From the NCBI GenBank assembly GCA_043808785.1, contig JAZDEL010000006.1, positions 60,001 through 92,000 on the forward strand: a stretch of DNA of 32,000 nucleotides, read 5' to 3'. Positions 16,000-22,648 of the stretch are shown here, in pieces. This stretch comes from Candidatus Iainarchaeum sp. (GTDB lineage Archaea > Iainarchaeota > Iainarchaeia > Iainarchaeales > JAZDEL01). The notes beneath the pieces were generated by a model that saw nothing but the letters and a program-made list of their open reading frames with translations, was not told the DNA's origin and did no database searches. Position 1 is the stretch's first letter, and each line of letters starts with the position of its first letter. A program made the position numbers and the translations under genes.

Positions 16000-16533
16000 A
16001 TGCCTCTAAATCCCAGACCTGCCCGAAAGCGGGAGAAGAGAACGCGCCCCATAAATATCCAGAAAAAAGCAGAGAGGGATGCGCTGATAAACACGCTAAG
16101 GCGGGCTGAGGAGCTCGGGCAGGGCGCCATAATGCAGCACGGGAGCGGAAAATATCACCCGAAAACAGTACGGGGCGTTCTCGCGCTTTTAGGGGCGCCT
16201 GCAGGTTCGCTGTTTATTCTTTACGGGCTCAGGCCCGCGGAAACCCTGGAGAGGGGGATAGGGCCCGGGCTGAAGGTAATGCGCAGCGCCGGCGGGGGCC
16301 TTACAGGGTTCTTCTGCATAAAGCAGAAAAACGAGAGGGGAACTTCTTATTTTATGCCGCTATTTCTGCACGGGCCTTTGCAAAAGCCGGGCTGTTGGGA
16401 CCGTTACAGCGCAGGCATATATTCCCTCGGCGACCTTCTTAAGCTGTTGAAACTCGGGAAGCCGCGGTTTTACGGGGCGAAGGTAAATGCGGGCGGCGGC
16501 TGGCTTTACAAGCTGCCGGAGCTGGCGGAGTAA
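16000..16533 (+). CDS. hypothetical protein
   Basis: 177-aa ORF with leaderless promoter geometry. No family was recognised. Confidence 0.45.
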   Translation: MPLNPRPARKREKRTRPINIQKKAERDALINTLRRAEELGQGAIMQHGSGKYHPKTVRGVLALLGAPAGSLFILYGLRPAETLERGIGPGLKVMRSAGGGLTGFFCIKQKNERGTSYFMPLFLHGPLQKPGCWDRYSAGIYSLGDLLKLLKLGKPRFYGAKVNAGGGWLYKLPELAE

Positions 16534-16593
16534 CCCGAAGCGCGCAAACCAAAAATTTAAGAGGAACGGGGCTGTTTATCTGTTGCGAGGTGA

Positions 16594-16965
16594 TTGGTTT
16601 TGCCTGGAAAAATGGGCGGGAGCAACAGGATTAGTAGTAAGCAGATTCGGGATGTAATAAAACAGAAAAAAGCGGGCTACATAGGCAAGCCGGCAACCGT
16701 CGATATATTGGAACTCCATTACGCAAACTCCATGTTGAAGAGAATTAATATGGCGAAGACTCTTGGCGGCTTGAGAGGGGTGAGGCAGGAGTTGAAGATG
16801 CACACAGAACATACGAACCTTGGGCATGGAAGGGGGCTTGTTATTTCCCCCATGAGCCACGGTGAAACCTCGGACCTTGTGACTGCCGGCGTATGGCGGC
16901 ACAAAGAACTCCTAGGGCTTTTGGAGAAACGGCTGGCTGAAAGGGAGAAGGAGTTGGGGCGCTGA
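16594..16965 (+). CDS. hypothetical protein (start uncertain: TTG 16594, TTG 16600 or ATG 16612)
   Basis: The ORF is preceded by a GAGGTGA Shine-Dalgarno-like sequence at 16587-16593, best spaced for the TTG at 16600. No family was recognised. Confidence 0.4.
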   Translation: MVLPGKMGGSNRISSKQIRDVIKQKKAGYIGKPATVDILELHYANSMLKRINMAKTLGGLRGVRQELKMHTEHTNLGHGRGLVISPMSHGETSDLVTAGVWRHKELLGLLEKRLAEREKELGR

Positions 16966-17112
16966 GGCTAAGCCTTAAACATGCTTTGCAGTAGGAACGG
17001 ACCACTTAATAGAGAGGGCAAAAAAGGAAACTATGCATACATCCAAAAATGCGCGCCCGAAGAGTATTTAATCAGACAATAGATGCGTCGCACCGGAAAT
17101 GCACCCTCCAAA

Positions 17113-17121
17113 CATTTAAAT
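17113..17121 (+). promoter_or_regulatory. TATA box (CATTTAAAT) for the LAGLIDADG gene
   Basis: Centred about 30 nt upstream of the ATG at 17147. Confidence 0.35.
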
Positions 17122-17146
17122 CCGTCAATCGCCTATTTTTTACTGA

Positions 17147-17770
17147 ATGATATCTGACGAATACATAATGGGCTTTGTCGAGGGCGAGGGCTGCTTCAGC
17201 ATAACGCTGCAGCGTTACTTTGACCGCAAGCCCAGGGCAACTGGCCGCAGGAACAACCGCAAGCACAAGGCGTTTCCGATACGGTTGGCTCCAAGCTTCA
17301 GGATTACGATAAGGGAGAAAGACAGGCGCGTGCTTGATGAGATTAAGGAAAAGTTCGGTTTTGGCTCCATTTATTTGCAAAGGAGACAGGGGGAAAATTG
17401 CCAGGATACTTGCCAATATGTTGTAGAAACCTTTGGGGATTTGTTTGTTCTGGTGGATTTCTTCTCAATGCAGACTTTTTACACTCAGAAAGGTGAGGAT
17501 TTCAGAAAATGGGCCCAGGCTCTCGAGATTTTCAAATCCGGCGGGCATTTAACAAAGGAGGGCGCGCTGGAGATTTGTAGGCTCAGGGACTGCATGAACC
17601 TACGGATGAACAAAGGCAACCGTGTTTCCGAAGAGGTTAAGGCTCTCCTCGAGGAGAAACGCGAGCACATTCTGGCGCATGCAGACAAAAATCAGAGTAA
17701 ACTTCTACATAATTGTGATGGGGCACTGCCCAAATCGCCGTTCCCTTTGACGCAGCAACCCACACCCTAA
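17147..17770 (+). CDS. free-standing LAGLIDADG homing endonuclease (single-motif, homodimer type)
   Basis: The N-terminal YIMGFVEGEGCFSI is a canonical LAGLIDADG motif. Size is about 200 aa. The last ~23 codons run through repeat copy D, so the original C-terminus may have been altered. Confidence 0.75.
   Translation: MISDEYIMGFVEGEGCFSITLQRYFDRKPRATGRRNNRKHKAFPIRLAPSFRITIREKDRRVLDEIKEKFGFGSIYLQRRQGENCQDTCQYVVETFGDLFVLVDFFSMQTFYTQKGEDFRKWAQALEIFKSGGHLTKEGALEICRLRDCMNLRMNKGNRVSEEVKALLEEKREHILAHADKNQSKLLHNCDGALPKSPFPLTQQPTP
17701..17747 (+). repeat. bipartite repeat, copy D
   Basis: Box 1 ACTTCTACATAAT is at 17701-17713 (12/13) and box 2 GTTCCCTT at 17740-17747 (7/8), 34 nt apart end to end. 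The element lies inside the 3' end of the LAGLIDADG ORF. Confidence 0.75.
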
Positions 17771-18059
17771 GCCGTTACGAACAGGAACTGCCTCAAGTTA
17801 ATTTGTCGATTTCGCCTGTATTGCATCTAAAACTGTTCAAATGCCAAAAACAACCCCCTATGTTCCACTACTGTTATTCCGATATGGCATAAAATACTCC
17901 TTATTTGCCCTCAGGATGCAAGATAAACAATATTATGCTGTAAAATCCCTTCGCAAAATTTCGCAAAATTGAAAAAAACGCACATGGGTTTTGGCGGGCT
18001 TCCTTAAGGGGCTTTGGCTGGTTTGCGAAGCGGCTCTGAGGGCGCCTGAAATGGTTCTG

Positions 18060-18106
18060 AAGGGAGCAGCGGACTGGCTCCGGCGCCTGCATGGTTATGT
18101 AGAAGT
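18060..18106 (-). repeat. bipartite repeat, copy E (minus orientation)
   Basis: The reverse complement of 18094-18106 is ACTTCTACATAAC (13/13). The reverse complement of 18060-18067 is GCTCCCTT (8/8). Spacing is 34 nt. The hairpin is GGAGC/GCTCC. The element starts 22 nt after the stop of the minus-strand ORF 18129..18521. Confidence 0.85.
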
Positions 18107-18128
18107 TAGATCCGGTTTTTGCTTAAAA

Positions 18129-18521
18129 TCAGCGCTTTTTGCGCGTGCGCATCCAGGCGCGCATATTGAAGCGCAGGGTGTTAAAGCCACCCCTTATGCT
18201 GCGCCCAAGTTCCCTTCTGTTGAACTTCCGCACAAGCGCCTTTATTTTCTTTCCCTGCATGCCTGAAATCTCAAAAACGCCCCTTTCTTTATCGAACGCA
18301 ATTTCCGCGCCCCCGGAGCGGATAAAACGCATAAATTTATCTATATCATTTGCCCTTTTTGCGCGCCCGTTCGCATACAGCACATCAGGCCTGTTTTCTT
18401 CAGGAAATATTGCGCCATAGCGCAGATAGTAAAACGGGCCGATATACTCCCTGTCGCGGTGTGCGCTCAGCCTACCACCCCTAATCCTCGGGGCTTTCTC
18501 CCGCTCTTTTGTGTTTGGCAT
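18129..18521 (-). CDS. hypothetical basic protein (ATG 18521; alternative GTG 18545)
   Basis: ORF of about 130 aa, Arg/Lys-rich, flanked by inverted repeat copies E and F. No family or catalytic motif was recognised. Confidence 0.45.
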   Translation of the reverse strand: MPNTKEREKAPRIRGGRLSAHRDREYIGPFYYLRYGAIFPEENRPDVLYANGRAKRANDIDKFMRFIRSGGAEIAFDKERGVFEISGMQGKKIKALVRKFNRRELGRSIRGGFNTLRFNMRAWMRTRKKR

Positions 18522-18570
18522 TGCAAATAGAATGTGTTTGCACAAATATAATGCTTTCGGAGGAGGTATA

Positions 18571-18628
18571 GTTATGTATAACCTAACTACATAACCCTGC
18601 TCCCGAGCGCCGATATTTGCGCTCCCTT
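18571..18628 (+). repeat. bipartite repeat, copy F, preceded by an inverted box 1 core
   Basis: GTTATGTA (18571-18578) and TACATAAC (18588-18595) form a perfect 8-bp inverted repeat. Box 2 GCTCCCTT is at 18621-18628, 33 nt from the end of box 1. The hairpin is GAGCGC/GCGCTC. Confidence 0.75.
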
Positions 18629-18780
18629 AAAAAAATATTTTCGCGGAGCGCTAATTGGCGCTGCCAATTGCGCCCATTTTGGCACGCAATTCGGCTTGAG
18701 CCGAATGCGCCCATTTGGCAACAGCCAAATAGGGTGAGCCAAAATAGGGCGCAAGCGCGCCCCGCAAGAAAAAGCCTTAT

Positions 18781-19143
18781 TCAGCCTTCCACAATAAGCT
18801 GCATATCCTTGGCGTATGTCCTGTCCACGAACTTCCAGTCCTTGTGGTGTTCCGTTACGCGCATCCGCACATCCAGTTCACCCGGGTCGGCAAGCGCCTT
18901 CGGGTAAATATCGTAATAGAACCTTTTCCCCTCCCCAGGCGCAAGGCCCTCTATCCTCTCCACCTTGCTCCTTACAATTCCGCTCTTGTCGAAAGACAGC
19001 AGCCTTGCAAGCGCAAGCTCCATGCTAACCAATTCGTTCCTGTCTCCCCTGTTCTCCACCTCAACCGTGAGCTGAACCGGCTTTTTGTCCCTGAGCTTCA
19101 GCCTGAACGGATGAAAATGTGTCTTTATGCTCAGCATTTCCAC
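18781..19143 (-). CDS. hypothetical protein (possibly beta-sandwich-like)
   Basis: 120-aa ORF (GTG at 19143 or ATG at 19137). An alternating beta-strand-like pattern is visible. No family was recognised. Confidence 0.45.
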   Translation of the reverse strand: MEMLSIKTHFHPFRLKLRDKKPVQLTVEVENRGDRNELVSMELALARLLSFDKSGIVRSKVERIEGLAPGEGKRFYYDIYPKALADPGELDVRMRVTEHHKDWKFVDRTYAKDMQLIVEG

Positions 19144-19451
19144 ACCCCCGTTTTAAAAAATCCCCAACCGTTCCGATTTGGTTCGTTGCGGTTCGCCGCA
19201 ATTTGCCGAACCCAACCACCCGCGCGGTTTGGTTTTGGTTTTCCCGATTAATATTCTTGCCGAGAGTGCTTAAAAAACAATATCTTGGTTTTTCCGCGCG
19301 CGCAAACCCCGAAAAATGCGCGCGTTTTTTGGTTTTTATTGCGGTTTCCTTTCCGCAGGCTCCCGCAAACCTTTAAATACAGGTTGCGGAATAATTAATT
19401 GGAAACGGAAAAAGTCTTTTTGCCTGCAGGAATGGTTTGGAGCTGCCAACA

Positions 19452-19928
19452 ATGCCAAAATCAGAATTTCCCGAAGCCGCGCTTGTTCGCAGCGCCTTTA
19501 CAATCCGCGAAATGGATTTTCCCCCCGAAATAGCAATGACAAAGCGCTCCCTCCTGCGCTGGTTTGCCCTTTCCTCGGGGTTAATTTCCGAGCGCGAATC
19601 CCGCTCCACAATCCTTGATGTGCTCGACGCCCTATTCTGCATGCAGATAACGCACGCAAAGGAGCCAACCTCCAACGAAATCCGCCTCTTCATGGACGAA
19701 CGCGGAAAAAAAATCTCGGACAAGCTTCTGCGCTATCACCTGAAGCGTATGCACGATTTGGGCCTTATCCACAGGAAGCGCCTGCGTTATTCCTTTGCGC
19801 ACGCGCCCAATGCTGACCGCTCCGACCTGAAAGCGGGCTTTAACCACAACATCACGCGCAAGGTTCACGCATCCCTTGCCGCAACGGAGAACGCGTTCGA
19901 AAGGCTTGGGATGAGCTATAAAAAATAA
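19452..19928 (+). CDS. putative winged-helix DNA-binding protein (ATG 19452; alternative TTG 19437)
   Basis: The C-terminal half (TSNEIRLFMDERGKKISDKLLRYHLKRMHDLGLIHRKR) resembles a MarR/ArsR-type wHTH. Confidence 0.45.
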   Translation: MPKSEFPEAALVRSAFTIREMDFPPEIAMTKRSLLRWFALSSGLISERESRSTILDVLDALFCMQITHAKEPTSNEIRLFMDERGKKISDKLLRYHLKRMHDLGLIHRKRLRYSFAHAPNADRSDLKAGFNHNITRKVHASLAATENAFERLGMSYKK

Positions 19929-19946
19929 TCCCCGCAACTTTTATTC

Positions 19947-20810
19947 ATGCACTCAATCATAGTTTCCCGCACGGATAAGGCTGGCATGAACATTGCGCAG
20001 CGCCTTATCGAGTTCCACGGGTTTGCGGAAACAAACGAGAAATTCCTCGGGGAAGCAATTTACAAAACCCAAAACAACAAAAACCCGCACGCGCGCGATT
20101 TTCAGTTGGTTTTTATCAAGCGCGAGCAGATTTTCGCCGACGAGTTAAACTCGCTCGAAACAGATTTCTTCATCTTCGCCTCCAAGCACCGCTCCGAATC
20201 AGGGCGCCCAACGCTCACGGCGCACGGGATAGGGAACTGGGGGGAAGACGCAAGTTTTGGGGGGAAGCAAAGAACGCTCGTGCCCACCTCCGCGAATTTG
20301 CTCAAGAATTATTTGCTTGGTTTGCAGGAGCAGAAGGAAACCCTCAAAAACAAAAACGCACTCGCTGGTTATGATGTAATGTTAGAGGTAACACACCACG
20401 GCCCGTTCCTCGAGAAACCCGCGGTTTTCATCGAGCTCGGCTCCTCAGAGGGACAATGGAAGGACGAAACTGCGGCACGCGCGGTTGCGGATGTTGTTAT
20501 GTATAAAACCTTTGCCAAACCGGCGGAAAAACAAATTCCCGCAATCGGTTTGGGCGGCGGCCATTACGCGCAGGAATTCTCGAAACTCGTTCTCCGCAAA
20601 AATTACGCGCTCTCGCACATCGTTCCCGAGTATGCGCTCCCCAATTTCGATGCCGAAATGCTGCGCAAGGCAATCGCATGCACCCTTGAACCGGTGCAGG
20701 AAATCGTTGTCGACTGGAAAGGTCTGGGCAAGGAAAAAGCGCGCATCAGGGCGCTCCTTGAGGAGCAGGAACTGCCTGCGGTCGACGCCAGAAAACTGCT
20801 AAGGGGATGA
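19947..20810 (+). CDS. dtdA: D-aminoacyl-tRNA deacylase, archaeal type (DTD2)
   Basis: TDKAGMNIAQRLIE, FASKHRSESGRPTLTAHGIGNWG, EVTHHGP, IELGSSEGQW, GGGHYA and VDWKG all match the archaeal DtdA family pattern. Confidence 0.88.
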   Translation: MHSIIVSRTDKAGMNIAQRLIEFHGFAETNEKFLGEAIYKTQNNKNPHARDFQLVFIKREQIFADELNSLETDFFIFASKHRSESGRPTLTAHGIGNWGEDASFGGKQRTLVPTSANLLKNYLLGLQEQKETLKNKNALAGYDVMLEVTHHGPFLEKPAVFIELGSSEGQWKDETAARAVADVVMYKTFAKPAEKQIPAIGLGGGHYAQEFSKLVLRKNYALSHIVPEYALPNFDAEMLRKAIACTLEPVQEIVVDWKGLGKEKARIRALLEEQELPAVDARKLLRG

Positions 20811-20838
20811 ATTCAGCCCCTCTTCAGCAAAGGAAAAT

Positions 20839-21378
20839 TCACAAATTCTGCCGCATCCAGACGTGGCTTATAACCTTGCCAAGCGCTTCCCTGAACCAGG
20901 GCGCGTATTTATCGGGATTCCTCTTTACGTCCTTCTGCAGTTCCGTTACATCCACAAACTTCCATTCCGCGACTTCCCCGGGGTTTGCATCTACCTTCCC
21001 GTCGTAAGTGCCCGAGAACACCTGGTCCATCTCGCTCTCGCTGCCCCTATCCCCGTATGCAGCCCTGTACTGGAACTTGAACAGCGGCCTAAGGCGAGTT
21101 GTGAACCCCAATTCATCCTTCAGGCGCTTCTCCGCAGCCTCGGCATAACCCTCCCCTTCTTTAGGGTGCGAGCAGCACGCGTTCGCCCAGTAGCCGGGCC
21201 AGAGCCTCTTGCCCTCCGCCCTCTTTTGAATCAGCATCTCCCCGTTGCCGTTGAATATGAATACCGAAAACGCCCTGTGCAGCTTCCCCCTGCCGTCGTG
21301 CGCCTTTCCTTTGTCCTCGTACCCTATTATATTGTCGCTTTTATCCACAAGCGTTACCATTTCCTTCTTCTCAGCCAT
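20839..21378 (-). CDS. idi: isopentenyl-diphosphate delta-isomerase, type 1 (Nudix)
   Basis: LHRAFSVFIFNGNGEMLIQKRAEGKRLWPGYWANACCSHPKEGE plus the Nudix-like E..A..RL.DELG motif are present. Length is about 180 aa. Confidence 0.85.
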   Translation of the reverse strand: MAEKKEMVTLVDKSDNIIGYEDKGKAHDGRGKLHRAFSVFIFNGNGEMLIQKRAEGKRLWPGYWANACCSHPKEGEGYAEAAEKRLKDELGFTTRLRPLFKFQYRAAYGDRGSESEMDQVFSGTYDGKVDANPGEVAEWKFVDVTELQKDVKRNPDKYAPWFREALGKVISHVWMRQNL

Positions 21379-21407
21379 TTTCCCAACCCCTTTAAGCCCC
21401 CGATTGC

Positions 21408-22259
21408 CTATTCCAGCGCAATCTCAGTTCCTATGCAGTTTTTACCCCCCAACAGGAGATACAGATTATTAGTGCCATTCAGATTAAAAACCACGGCACT
21501 TGTGCCTTTCATGTGCATTTCAAGGTTTTCCAGCTTCCCCCGCATGCCGCTGGTTACATCCGTTGCCTTTGAACCGCCAACCCCGCGCAAAACCGCGCGG
21601 AAATTCGAGTTTGTTATTTTTTTAATTATTTTCGCCCCCCCTGCGGCAATCCTGCCCGCGTTTTTGTTTTCCCCGCCAAAACCCGCCTTTGGTTCCGCTG
21701 CATACACCCCCTCGACATCGGTCCCGAAAAAAACCTTCTTTGCATGCAGTTTTTTCGCGAGGTAAGCAGCAATCGCGTCCCCGCTGACAACGCTCGCGCC
21801 GAGTTTGGAGTCGAGTACCATATCCCCATACATAATTGGCACGACAAACCCGTCCATCTTAATCAAACCCCCGACCAAACCCGTATCGAAGCGGGTTATT
21901 TTTTTGTTTTTCTGGGTTATGCACGCGCTCGCTTGGGAAGGGAAGGCAAGCAGCCCTTCCTCGTTGAAAATTTCAACAACCTTCGCGCACAGCCTTTCCA
22001 TCGAATTGTGCGTTTCCACGAAACCCTTAACCTGCTCCTTAGTGCGCACGCCGTTGTTTATTCCATATTTTTCAACAGGCACGTGCCCGAAAGGCCCCGC
22101 GCCCAAAACAATGATGAGTTTGAATTTTTTCTCAGCGGAGGCGCGCTTAATTTCCTGCGCGATGCGCCTCACGGCATCTTCCCTTACCCTTGCTTCCCCC
22201 GAAGCCTTGTCCGTGATGACGCTTCCCCCTAATTTGGTTATGTATAAGTTAGCGCTCAT
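21408..22259 (-). CDS. ipk: isopentenyl phosphate kinase (amino-acid kinase family)
   Basis: The N-terminal ITKLGGSVITDK, VLGAGPFGH and the C-terminal GGMRGKL-like SGMRGKLE are present. The ATG overlaps the upstream stop. Confidence 0.8.
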   Translation of the reverse strand: MSANLYITKLGGSVITDKASGEARVREDAVRRIAQEIKRASAEKKFKLIIVLGAGPFGHVPVEKYGINNGVRTKEQVKGFVETHNSMERLCAKVVEIFNEEGLLAFPSQASACITQKNKKITRFDTGLVGGLIKMDGFVVPIMYGDMVLDSKLGASVVSGDAIAAYLAKKLHAKKVFFGTDVEGVYAAEPKAGFGGENKNAGRIAAGGAKIIKKITNSNFRAVLRGVGGSKATDVTSGMRGKLENLEMHMKGTSAVVFNLNGTNNLYLLLGGKNCIGTEIALE

Positions 22260-22648
22260 TTTATTATCACTGTTCCTTTATCCGCATCAACCTCAACCAT
22301 GCTTCCGCTTTTTATTTTTTCAATTTCAATCTTATCCACGCACGGCACGCCCGAGATTATCGCCCCCACGGCAACAATTGTTTCGCACTCGGCGTTAACA
22401 ATCGCGGCGGGCGCCTTGCCGTTCTTCTTCAATCTGTAAAGCGTGTAAGAGCCCACTGTGCTCCCCTTTCCCTGCGGGAACACAAGAACCTTTCCCGAAA
22501 CGCTTTTCCCCTCCAAATCGTGCCCCTTTTCAACAACCTTGCCTGTATCAGGGTCCACGCCCCCGTAAAAGGAAATCCCCATCTTCGAAACAAGCGCCTC
22601 GCCCTTTGCTTTTCCAGGGGAGATTTTCCTGCCTTTGAGTTCGGTCAT
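22256..22648 (-). CDS. phosphomevalonate dehydratase small subunit (aconitase X swivel domain)
   Basis: GKAKGEALVS...ISFYGGVDPDTGKV...GKVLVFPQGKGSTVGSYTLYRLKKNGKAPAAIVN is present. Both gene ends overlap their neighbours by 4 nt. Confidence 0.8.
   Translation of the reverse strand: MTELKGRKISPGKAKGEALVSKMGISFYGGVDPDTGKVVEKGHDLEGKSVSGKVLVFPQGKGSTVGSYTLYRLKKNGKAPAAIVNAECETIVAVGAIISGVPCVDKIEIEKIKSGSMVEVDADKGTVIIK

Noticed and set aside
18571-18595. GTTATGTA-N9-TACATAAC (and 3945-3967) as the chromosomal dif site for XerA.
   Set aside because: Known dif sites have arms ending ..ATAA, a 6-bp spacer, then TTAT... Here the half-sites are in the opposite relative order with 7-9 bp between them. There are also at least two such palindromes. 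They are kept as possible recombinase or regulator sites, but not called dif.
3216-18628. The bipartite repeats as integron attC sites (gene cassettes) served by the tyrosine recombinase at 5270..6346.
   Set aside because: Box 1 contains ACATAAC, one mismatch from the RYYYAAC consensus. However, no complementary GTTRRRY partner closes any element. Copies sit on both strands and are interleaved with housekeeping genes (nadE, tkt, epimerases). There is no cassette array next to the recombinase.
3216-18628. The bipartite repeats as C/D-box or H/ACA small RNAs.
   Set aside because: No RUGAUGA/CUGA box pairs or ACA tail occur at consistent positions. Only D has a GTGATGG-like string, and it is not shared by the other copies.
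20495-20505. Box 1-core strings inside coding regions: GTTATGTATAA in dtdA (20495), TACATAATTG in ipk (21829 region) and GACATAAC in the receiver gene (24430).
   Set aside because: Each corresponds to Met-Tyr or similar codon pairs (ATG TAT) in conserved-looking protein segments, and none has a box 2. They are treated as probable coincidences pending a genome-wide k-mer test. The copy at 22237 is kept as a finding because it matches 16 of 18 positions and sits at a gene junction.
20863-21765. Plus-strand ORF 20863..21765 (300 aa), and other long ORFs antisense to tkt, the aminotransferase, AcnX, UbiD, MVK, the LAGLIDADG gene and the thiolase (for example 12348..13052, 25097..25690, 28650..29399, 29369..30037).
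   Set aside because: All overlap strongly supported genes on the opposite strand. They translate to low-complexity Pro/Ser/Arg/Cys-rich sequences without recognisable domains.
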